Assembly: GCA_004431415.1 (NCBI GenBank)
Contig: QPMI01000029.1
Location: forward strand, 124,001 to 188,000
DNA length: 64,000 nt
Direction of reading: 5' to 3'
From: Cyanophora paradoxa CCMP329
Taxonomy: Eukaryota > Plantae > Glaucophyta
Shown: positions 26,775 to 37,141 of the stretch, in pieces
How positions within the stretch are numbered: position 1 is the stretch's first letter
Layout of the letters: the number at the start of each line of letters is the position of its first letter
The notes under the pieces: generated by a model
What the model was told of the DNA's origin: nothing
Database searches by the model: none
The model's input: only the letters and a program-made list of their open reading frames with translations
Program-made: the position numbers and the translations under genes

Positions 26775-28656
26775 ATGGCCTCCGCGAGCTCCAGCAACCC
26801 GTTCGTGCTCGACGGCTCGATCGGCGAAGGCGAGGTCGTCCGCAGCTCCGCCCGCCGCTGCGCCCGCGTCGCCGATGCATTTGCGTGTCCCAGGTTCAGG
26901 TTCTTCGGGCCGTGCGTCCCCAAGGGGCCGAGCGCTCTCGCCCGGCCCGTCAACAGCTGACAGTGCCGCCGCGGGCGCCGCCGCAGTCCGTGGCGCTGGC
27001 GGCGCTGCCGAGGAAGCCGCTTACCGTCATCTCCATCCGCGCCGGCCGCCCCAAGCCCGGTCCGCGCCTCCGCCGGCCCCTCGCGTTCCCGCGTCGCCCG
27101 GCCCGCGACCGATCCCGCCGCGGCCGCGCTCCGGCGCCGCAGGGCTCGCGGCGCAGCACCTCGCCGGCCTGCGGCTGGTCGCAGCTCTCGCGGGCGGCGC
27201 GCTGAAGGGCGGGAGCATCGGCAGCACGCAGATCGAGTTCGCGCCGGGCGCCGCCGTCGGCGCGCAGGGCCGCTACGAGGCGGACCCCAGGACCGCCGGC
27301 TCCGTCACGCTCCTCCTGCAGGCCCGCCCCCTCCCCGCCCCGCCCCTCCCGGCGCCGCTGGCTCCGTACGGCGCCCCGCGCCTCCTGAGGCGGCCGCGCC
27401 CGCAGATCGCTCTCCCCGTCGTCCTGTACCCCTCCTCGCGGGCGGCCCCCGTGGCGCTCACCCTCAGGGGCGGCACCGACACGTCCCACTCGCCCCCCTG
27501 AGACTTCGTCACAGAGGCCCGCTTCCTATACCCCCCCCCTCGCACCCCCCCGGCGCCGCCCCCTGAGGGGGGTAGGACGGCGCGGCGCACAGGTCCTCTG
27601 CCCGAATTCGAACCCCGCTCCCCACCCGTCCCCCACCTTCTCAAGCCCGCGCAGCGGGAACTACCCAAAAGGCGGCGGCATTGTGCGCTTACAGGCGCGT
27701 CTCCGCCGCTATACCCCTCCACAGTCCCCCCTCCCTCTGACCCTTTTCCCTTCCCGGTCCTCAGGCTCGGCCCATGGAGGGCCGCTGCGGGCCGTGCAGC
27801 TGACAGAGCGGGGCGACATCACTCGCATCCGGTGCCGTACCCCTCCCCTCCGTGCCATTTCCACGCCGTACCCCTCCCCTCCCCTCCTCACGACCCATAC
27901 TCCCGCAGCTGCATCGCGTTCATCGCCGGATCCGTACCCCCTCACGTAGCTCTCCCCGACCCGTCTCCTTCCCATCCCCCTTCTCTGAAGCGTACCCCCA
28001 GGTCGCCGACCGAATGATATCCGCTGCCGAGGGCCTCCTTCGCTCCAAACTCGGCAAGAGGGTACACCCCCTCTTCCCCACTCCTCGCTCGCCGCTGTTC
28101 TTACGGGGGTACAGGTAGAGATCGCAAAGGAGGTCCGCCGTGAGACGCGCGAATCTGCCTTCGGCGACGGGACCGGAATCACGTCCGTACCCCCCCCCCC
28201 CTTCCGTTCATCCTCCTGCCATTCCAGATTACTAGTTAACTCTTTATCAAACCCGTACCCCAGGCTCGTCGTGGAGAGCTCGACTGGCTGCCTCCTGGGT
28301 GCTTCCGCCCTGGGAGAGCGCGATGAGCACGTACCCCTTCCTCCAGACCCCCCTACCCCCGCCCCCGGCGACGCTCTCGTGCCCCGTTTCGCCGCAGGCG
28401 TCCGCGCGGAGGAGGTGCTCCCGCCCCGCCCGCCGGCGTACCCCCTAAGCCAACCCCGTACCCCCAGGTTGGCCAGACGGCGGCGCAGCAGCTCGGAGAG
28501 GACCTCGCGACGGGTGCCTGCGTTGACCAGCACCTCCAGGCGTGTGTGTGCCCTACCTCCCCCTCTTGAAGCCCCACGTACCCCCGCGAAACCCGTACCC
28601 CGCGCTCCAGGACCAGCTTCTGGTGTACATGGCGCTCGCCGAGGGCCCCTCCGTCG
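26775..28656 (+). pseudogene. rtcA: RNA 3'-terminal phosphate cyclase (RtcA/RTCA family), probably disabled
   Basis: Motifs LDGSIGEG..QVLR, IRAGRPKPGLAAQHL, TAGSVTLLLQ, LRGGTD..SPP, GNYPKGGG, VDQHLQDQLLVYMALAEGPS. In-frame TGA at 27,499-27,501, an apparent missing segment near 27,610, and no recognisable exon for the C-terminal catalytic His. Confidence 0.8.
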
Positions 28657-30194
28657 TGCGTACCCCTCGCGCGCCGTTCCCCTCTCCGTTCACTCCCGCC
28701 CCCTCCCCCTCTAGGGGAAAAAGCTAGGGGAAAGCTATAGCTAGAGCTAGAGAAAAGCTAGAGGGACTCAAGGATCCGGAGGTTCAGTTTAGCGCGAGAT
28801 TGAACGAGAGAAAAAAGGGGACGAAGAGGGGACTCCGGATAGGGGAGAGGGGGCTCGAGGGCTCAGGACCCGCCGCGCCGCTCCTCTAAATGATTCCCGG
28901 TCCGCATATATATTCAATTCAATAAATTATAATTCCAAACACGATGGGAGATGCCCTGGAGATAGCGCGATTGCGAGCTTGAGAATCCGGATAGAGTTTG
29001 CATAGATAGAATCCGGGAGAATGCCATGATAACGATGATGCTATCCTTGGCTTGGCTTGCATTTGCACATGTGCATGCATGCTTGGCTTGCAATTGGCCG
29101 CAGTGGCGTTACACCGGGGTACCGTCGTGCGAGCCCCACCCGCTCTACAGTGGAGACGGCTCTAGATCTCTCCCACTCGGACCGGAGCTTCCCACCGCGA
29201 CCGGCCGGGCCGGGGCCATGGGCAGACTCAGGGCAGGCATGCGTGACGGTGGGGAGGCATATACGTATACGTAGAGAGGCGGCGGGGGGGCTGGGGCCGG
29301 GGGGTTGTTGAGCTGGCGGGCTGGCGGCCGCGGGCCGAGCGGCGAAATGCCAAAGACGAGGAGGGAAACGATATCTAGAAGGTCCCCGCGGCGGTATCAA
29401 GCTTGAGCATGTTTCAGAATTTGAGCTCAGCGAGAGTAAATGCTGCACTGCGGCAACAAATGCAACTGCTGTCTGAGAGCGTAATGAACACAAGCCATGG
29501 CCAACGACTACCGTGGCCTGGCGACCCTGACGGACAATAATTGAATGTTATTTACATGCGTACCGTAGTACTACGGTATATCATAGTATGTGGATAGTAT
29601 AGTAGTATGTGTAAGTGGCCTGAAGACAATGTTATTTACATACTATGATACGTATATACGTTGATAGAAAAACGACCGTCGGACTGAGTCAAGCTGCCAG
29701 GCCGAACCCGGAAATCCCGTCAAGGTTGCCAAAGAACGCAGAGAATGAAACCTGAAAGCCGACAGTATTTGATATCCGATGATATCCGATCTGCCACCAA
29801 CAGTCAGAAGCGGAAACTGCTGCACTGCGCTGTACAAGAGGGAAAGTGCAAATAATAGACATGAATAAAGGGGATCTGATCTGTGATCTGATCTCTGATC
29901 TCTGAACATGAAAATAGTCTGGTGGGAGATGAATAAACATGCGATCGCAAAAAAGTCTGGTGCTCTCTGATCAAGGGGGAGGATGGTCCCGTAACGTACA
30001 CATAGACACACACACAACTCGCAGGGGAGCTAGCGGAAACGCAGAATAAGTGAATGAGCACGAATTCGAAGGCTGTACAAACGTGATCTTCGAAAGGTAG
30101 CTTAGGCAATTCTACACTACAACAGGCATTGTCAAGGCGAGGGGGTAGCTATATATAGCTGTACAAGCTGTACTCGAAACCACAGTACCCCTCT

Positions 30195-33100
30195 TCAAGG
30201 GGAGGAGGCCTTGGCGGGGCCGGCGGGCCGCGGGGGGAAGGAGAGGAAGGAGGCAGGCCCGGGTACGGAGAGGGCGCGGGGCCGGGGGCGGGGCGGCCCC
30301 TGGGGCAAGGGCGGGCCCTCGGGGGCGCCGGCGCCCCCCGTGCCGAGGAGGCGGTCCAGGAGCGCCGCGAGGCTGGCCACTTGCACGGGCTTCGGCAGTA
30401 CGCCGTCCTGGGCGAGCGAACGAAGCTCAGGGGGGAGTCTGGGGGGCGATTCGAGGGGGGTACGGCGCACCATGCCGGCGGTGGCGGCGGCGGCGAGCTC
30501 CGAGGGGGACGAGCTCGCGGTGACCGCTGCGGCGAAACCCCGCGTGAGCGGCGGCGGCCTTGGAGGTGGGGGTGGGGCTCCGGGGCGCGCGCACCGACGA
30601 TGGGCGTGCGGACGCGCCCGGTGGCCTCCTCGCGCTCGCGCACGCCGACGGCACACTCGCAGCCGCCGCCGCCAGGCATGAAGATGTCGAGGAGCAGGCA
30701 GGCGTACGGCTCCCCGGCTGCCGTCGCCGCCGAGTACAGGTTCAGCGCCTCCGTTCCTGTACCCCGGGTCATGATCAGACGCGGGAGGGGGGGGACGAAG
30801 AAGAAACCGGGGTGCGCACCGCTGGTGGCGGTCTCGACGGTGTACCCCAGCTTCTCGAGGAAGCGCTTCAGGAGCTTCACATTTATCGCTGCGGGGGCGG
30901 TCGGGGGGAGAGCGAGGGGGAGGGAGGAGGGGTAGGGGGAGGGGGAGGGGTACGCACGGTTATCGTCGGCGACGAGAATGCGGGCCAGCCCCGGGAGGGC
31001 CGCGGCGTGCGGCTGCGTGGGGAGCTGCGGCACGGTCAGCGAGGGAGACAAGGGAAAAGGGGGTAGGAGGGGAGGGGGGGGGGGAGGTAGACCTCCTGGG
31101 AGCTCGAGTGGGCGAAGGCGCGGGGCCGGAGGGAGATGGGCGGGCGGGCCTCCGAGGAGGCAGCGGTGATGGGAGCGACGACCTCCATGGGGGGCAGCAG
31201 GCCGCCCCGCTCGGGGGGTACGCTCGTCACCAGGATGGCGGGGAGGGGGCCGTCCGGCCCGCTCAGGCTGTTCCGGCGGCTGCCGGGGGTGGAGCGGGAC
31301 TGCTTCTTCTGCTGGGGCGTGGGCGAGGGGGCGCGGGGCGAGGGCGCGGCCGCCGCGACGACCTGGGCCGCCACCGCCTCCAAGTCCGCGGCCGGCACGG
31401 GAGCCGCGAGGGAACGCCGCCGGGCGATGTGGGGCGAGCCGCGGCCGGGGGTACCGGGGCACCCGCAGGGCGGCCCCGCCGCGGCGGGGCCGTGCGCGGG
31501 GTGCTCGGCCTCGCGGTCCTCCTCGGAGGCGTGGTACCCGCTGGTGCCGCCCGAGTCGCAGCGCCGCATCGCGCGCTGGCGGCCCGCTGTGCGCCCCCCG
31601 GGGGTGCCGGGCCGCCCGGGCGCCGCCTGCGAGGCGCGAACCTCGCGGGGCCACTTGAGCGCCGCCCCACGGCGCCGCTCGGAGACCCAGACAGCGCAGT
31701 CGCGCAGGGCGCGGTCAAGCTCCGACTGCACGGGGGTCCGGATCCGTCAGACAGTTTGCTGGGCGCTCGCTCGCATTGGGGAACCGGGCGCACGGCGCGG
31801 AGGGGCTTGGAGACGACGACGGCGCCGGTGAGGCGGCGGAGCGGCTCGATGGAACCCAGGGCGGGGACGCCGCAGCACAGGCCGGAGAGCGCCGCCGCCT
31901 CGGCCTGCATGCCGCGCAGCTCGCCCAGGGCGGCGTGCGTGCTGACCAGCACCAGCGGCGCCCCGCCGCGCTCCCCCGCGGGGCCCGCGACCGCCTCGCG
32001 CAGCGCCAGCGCCGACGCGAGGAAGGCCGCCGCCGGCACGGGGCTCGCGACGGGTACGCCGGCGAAGATCACGTTCGCCTCCACGCCCTGCGCGCGAGCG
32101 GGGGGAAGGGTCAGACGGGGGTACGGTGCGGTGAGGGGGGGTACGAGGCACCTCGGCGGCCTCGGGGGAGGCGGCGGCGGCGACGGAGTAGCCACGGGAG
32201 CGGAGGAGGGCGGAGAGGGCGGCGCGGGCCGCGTCGTTCGGCTCGAAGACGAGGGCCGAGCGGCGGAGCGTGAGGCGGCGCGAGGAGTAGGACCCGCTGC
32301 TGCTGTTCGCCCCGCAGCTCGTGCAGGACGCCGCGCTCGCCGCCCGCGGGATTCGATCCGCGGCCGCTTCGAATTCGCTCCCCTCGGGCTGCGGCGCGCT
32401 CCGTCAGGCGGGGGTACGTTGTTTTCTCGGGGGGGGTAAGCGCACCGGGAGGTGCAAGGGCATCGAGAATGTGAAGGCAGAGCCGACACCGACCTGCGGG
32501 GCGGTATACGTAGGTCAGAAAGGTGTGGGAAGGGGGGGGGGGGGGGGGGGTGAGAGTCGGCGGGGGGTACGGGCGCGCCTCGGTGGCGATTGTGATGGCG
32601 CCGCCCATGCGGTGCGCGAGCTTCTGCGAGATGGCGAGGCCTGCGGGGCCGGGGAGCCGGGCGGGGAGCCGGGCAGAGCTAGAGGCCCGTGGCGGGAGGC
32701 TCCGAAAAGGGGGCGGACCGAGGCCCGTCCCCGGGATGCTCCGGTCGAGGGTGACGTCCGTCTGCGAGAAGAGCTGGAAGAGCTGAAAAGAGATCTTCGA
32801 AGTCAGAAAAGAGACGTCTGAAAGGAGGGAAAAGAGAGAGAGAGAGAGAGAGAAGATCTAAAGGGGCGAGCGCGCCTTGGGCCGCTCGGACTCCGGGATC
32901 CCCGGGCCCGTGTCCTTGACCTCGAATTTGATCTCGCGCTCGTTGACGGAGACCGAGATCTGCGGATGCCCCGGTTACGTTCTGGCTCGACCTGACGTCA
33001 AGGTGAGCCGTGGGGAGCGGGGGCTCGCCTGGACGTGGCCCGACGGCGTCACTTTCAGCGCGTTGCTCGTCAGGTTGAGCACAACCTGCGGCGCGATTTG

Positions 33101-34228
33101 ATCCGTCAGTTCCGTCTGATTGGATTCGGTTTCTTTCGGTCCACTTCGTTTCGAGCGCGCGCGCCTGGCGGCAGCGGTCGACGTCGCCGAGGACGCGGGG
33201 CGGCAGGTCCTCCGCCGCCCTCGCCACCAGCTCCACGCCCTTCGCCTGCGCCTGCGCGCGTCCCACGCGTACGCGCTCAGAAAATTTAAACAAGGAGAAA
33301 GAGAGAGGGGTACGGGAGACGGGGCGCGCACGGCGGGGGCGGAGGCGGAGGCGACCTCCTCCACGAGCGCCCGCGGGTCGAAGGGCTCGTGTCGCAGGGG
33401 CGGGCCCCCGCTCCCGTCGTGCTCCGCCTTCGCCCCCTCCACCAGGTCCTGCACCTGAGGGGGGGAGCTCGGCGGGGGGGTACGCGGCGGTCGGAAGGGG
33501 GGGGGGTCCGGCACCATCTTGAGGAGGTGGGAGGAGGCCTTCTCGGCGATCTGGACGTACTCGGCGATCTCGGGTTCGAGCCCGGGCTGGGCCGCAATCA
33601 GCTGGAGCGCCCCCGTGACGTGGTTCAGCGGCGCTGCGGGGCGGGGGCGAGGCGTCAGACGGCCCGGCAGACGCCTAGAGGGAGGGGGTACGCCACACTC
33701 TTGCACTCGTGGGCGACCGAGCCGAGGAGGAGGCTGACCGAGCGCTGCTGCTCCGTCGCGTCCTGTACCCGGGACGAGGTCAGGGGCTCGAGCTCAGGGC
33801 GCGAAATCGGAAGGAAGGCGGAGAGGGGCGGGGCGCACGAGGCCGGCGAGGAAGAGGCCGGGGGGCAGGCCGCCGGCGCCGGCGTGGCGGTGGGCGGCCA
33901 GGCGGAGGACGACGCCGGCGCGGCCCTCGCGCTCCTCGAGGGGCATGGCGACGGCGGCGGGGGCCGCTCCCAGCTCGTGCGACACGAGGACGGCCGCGAG
34001 GGCGGCGCGCACCGCCGCGCGCGCCTCGCCCGTCACCAAATCCTCGACGGGCCGGCCGAGGGCCTCCCGGGAGGGGACCCCCGAGGCGGCGGCGGCCGAG
34101 TCGGACCAGAAGCGGACGCGGAGGCAGGAGTCTAGGGCGAGGGACGGGGCTGGGGAGGCCATCAGGAGGCGCCCGAGGCCGGCCTCCAGCGGCTCCTCCT
34201 CCCGCTGCTCCTCAAGCCGAAGGTCCAT
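30195..34228 (-). CDS. Hybrid sensor histidine kinase (PAS - HisKA - HATPase_c - degenerate receiver - receiver); an upstream exon may extend to ~34,527
   Basis: PAS (LALDSCLRVRFWSDSAAAASGVPSREALGRPV). H-box SVAHECK.PLN. N-box VVLNLTSNALKVT. G1 FEVKDTGPGI. F-box LFQLFSQ. G2 GTGLGLAISQKL. Receiver RILVADDN..INVKLL, LLDIFMPG, LPKPV. Confidence 0.92.
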
Positions 34229-35210
34229 GACCTGCTGGGGGCGCGTATACGTATGAGGCGACCGGGCGGCTGGGACGGGACGGGAGGCGATATGCACGGG
34301 CGTGCCTGCAGCTGCACGGTCGGCCGGTGGTGGTCGTACGCGTGCACTGGCGTCGGGAGCGCCGGCTCGAGCTCGGCGTCGACGTCCTTGTGGCGGGTGC
34401 ATATGGGCGGGAGCTCCAGATCCGCGGGTAGGCAGTGTACTAGGCACGGCCGCGGGGAGCTGACGGGCCGCCCGCAGCGGTTCGGTGGGAGATCTAGAGA
34501 TCTAGAGGTACCGGTGCTCGAGACCATAAATGCGCGACTGGGCGACAGGGTCTGCGGGCCAGATGGCGCGCCCAGCTGCAGTCCGGCCATGTCACAGTGT
34601 CACTGAGACTACAGGACTGCGCTCGCGATCGATATCGCAAGCTGGAAAGCCTGAAGCACGCACTGCGGCATGCGCTGAGAGCTGGGAAGCTTGCTGCTCG
34701 TTAACGTTCTGGTTTGTGACGGGGGCAGCTAGCGCTTGCACTTGCAGTCTGCAGCTGCCAGCTACGCTTACCGCTCATGATCAGCCTGGCAGAGAGTTGC
34801 AGAAACTACTAAGTACTACCGCCGGGCCGGTACACTGTGACATCTCCGTACGCGCGTACTGTCAGTGTCTGTCACTGTCGCAGTGTCACAGTGTCACAGT
34901 GTACCGCCGGTAGTACCGTAGTACGTGGACTCCGGCCCTCCGAGTCCGTCCAGGACTCCAGGCTCCGCACTTCGGCCGGGCCGGCGGACGGCGGCGGTCC
35001 GGCGGCGGAGTCCGGCCCCCGGGGCCCGGGCCCCGGCCCGGCGGCCCGCGACGGCGGCCCGCGGGTCGACGTCCACAACCGTTGAACTCCAGACTTGAAC
35101 TTGGCAAGCTTAAGTTGCCAGGCTACTAGCCTAGTAGTATCATAGTAGTATCATACTAGTATGCCAGGGCCAGCTGCAGGCTTGCCGCAGACCGTGCGAC
35201 TCTACGTATA

Positions 35211-35470
35211 CCGTCGGGCACTAAATTACTGCGGCGTTAATTAACGCGGTTTCAAAAATGGCCGGCCTCTGAGAGAAATACCGCGGTACCAAATTAACGC
35301 GGTTTTAAAAATTTGAGGCTTGTATGGGGCAGTAATTTCAGGGGTACTGTATGGGGCGACTTCTCGCAGCAAATTACCGCGGCACCAAATTACCGCGTTT
35401 TAACAAACTTTTGGCGCGTTAATTTGGTACCGCGTTAGTTAAGTGCCCGCGGTACTTAAGTGCCCTACGG
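35211..35470. mobile_element. MITE, same architecture as 6,704-6,964 (TA TSD, CCGT termini)
   Basis: TA|CCGTCGGGCACT...AGTGCCCTACGG|TA; 260 bp; AATTA(A/C)CGCG subterminal motifs; shares the GCTTGTATGGGGC core with the 6,704 element. Confidence 0.85.
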
Positions 35471-35569
35471 TACCTGACATATTACCTGTAGGCTGTAGCC
35501 TGTAGGCTGTAGGTTGCGAGGATCGTCGAGATCGAGACTTTGCAGTATATACTGGGCGCTGATAGTTAG

Positions 35570-35812
35570 AAGGAAAATACTGGGTGCTGATATCGATAGT
35601 TAGTGGATCCCGAAATTAGCTTTAATTAGTGGACCGAAATCTTAAAAGAATATTGCATGACCCAGTCCACTAGCTATTTTGGGGCTCCACTAATTCTCTG
35701 GCGATGAGCTGCCTCATTCAGTACCCCAAAACTTACTGCCCCATCTAAGCCGGCGCCTGAAAAGGTTCCGGCCCAGTATAATATATACATGTATATTTTC
35801 CTGTTCCACGGT
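35570..35812. mobile_element. Degenerate MITE related to 5,629-5,888
   Basis: AGGAAAATAC...TATTTTCCTG ends; TAGTGGA/TCCACTA internal motifs. Confidence 0.5.
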
Positions 35813-36464
35813 GGCCTGGGGCGGCAACGGGGCCTGGCCCGCCGGGCGCCTGGGCCACTGGCCCAGTGGGCCAGCCACCGGCGCCACGGCCCTCTAGATC
35901 TTGATTTTTGAATGAAGTTCCCCGGCCCGGCCCGGTGGATAATCCCTCTTGAATGAAGTTCCCCGGCCCGGTGGATCATCGGATAATCCCTATTAATACG
36001 TGGATTTTATAACTTAGAAAGGATCAGCCACCACGTGCACTGGCCCACCAGTGCCCACCAGTGCCACACTGCCACGGTGCCTAGGGCCCAGGGCGTCGGT
36101 GCCAACCGTGCCACCGTGGCACCGCCACTGCCAGGCTGCTCGGGAGCCTGCTCCCGGAGTCCGAGGCTCATATATATATAAACTTGCAATTGAAAACTCC
36201 TCCTCATGATCCATTCGCCGAATTGCTAGTTCAACGGTTCGAATTCGGTCGGACCGGGCCGGTCTGATCATCGCCGATTCATCGGCATCCAATGGTATCC
36301 ATGTCACCGGAAATTCCTCAAGCGCCCTTTCATGTGCGCGTGTCACGGACTCACTGAGTCACGTGCACGCCGCACTGCACGGAGTAGTTGCCACGGACTC
36401 ACACCTGCAGGCTGCAGCTGTATATATATATATATATTCGCGGCGGTATATGATAGTATATATA

Positions 36465-36735
36465 CCGTGGAACACATACGTAAAACACAATATTAATGCG
36501 CCAGATATTAATGCGTTTTTGGACCCGGACCCCTAATATGGCTATTAATTTAATGCGGCACCAAAATTAATGCGTTTTGAAGCTTATTGGCCGCGATAGG
36601 GGGGCACATACAGCCGTTTCTTAGCGTTCTGTTGTTAATAGACTGTTATTAACGCGCCCCCAAATTAATGAGTTTTGACGGCAAAAAACGCATGCATTAA
36701 TTTGGGGGCGCATTAATATTATGCGTGCATTAGAA
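36465..36735. mobile_element. MITE-like element with ATTAATGCG subterminal motifs; right end unclear
   Basis: Starts TA|CCGTGGAACAC; about four ATTAATGCG motifs on the left and inverted CGCATTAAT on the right. Confidence 0.55.
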
Positions 36736-36885
36736 ATACCCCCCTGGGCCCTGGCACGGTGGCACCTCAGGTTTAGTAGGTTTAAATTAGTATACGATCA
36801 TCGGATAAAACTTTATAGTAGTCGGGCCTCAAAATTTTGCTACTATAAATTAAGACCCAGAATCATCCAGTACGGTATACTAAGT

Positions 36886-36946
36886 GTGTGCTACTTTACT
36901 GTATTTTTGATTTGGGGTTCGCCCCACCGTAGTCTCTAAAAACAAA
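36886..36946 (+). mobile_element. Short 5'-truncated, internally deleted copy of the non-LTR element 3' end
   Basis: TGTGCTACTTTACTGTATTTTTGATTT + GGGGTTCGCCCCACCGTAGTCTCT + A tail; TSD TATACTAAGT at 36,876-36,885 and 36,947-36,956. Confidence 0.8.
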
Positions 36947-37141
36947 TATACTAAGTATTTCCCGACTTACTGAAGTTACAGTATACCGTATATATATAAT
37001 TATAAGTTTGGTTTTTGGTGAATTACCGGCCAGCGGGTGGCAGCGCGCAACGGCCAGCGCGCGCCAGCGCCGGCCACATGCATACTATTAAATATTACTG
37101 TCAGTTCATTATGTTATATAATTAGACGGATTCTTATTATA

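Noticed and set aside
27499-27501. Selenocysteine or TGA recoding in RtcA
   Set aside because: The position is not a conserved Cys, other lesions are present, and TGA serves as the stop in neighbouring genes such as the kinase.
9000-34600. Many long Arg/Gly/Pro-rich ORFs in the six-frame track (e.g. 30,149-31,654, 31,108-32,439, 26,332-27,501)
   Set aside because: Artefacts of very high GC and intron read-through; the real proteins are the spliced ABCC, RtcA and kinase.
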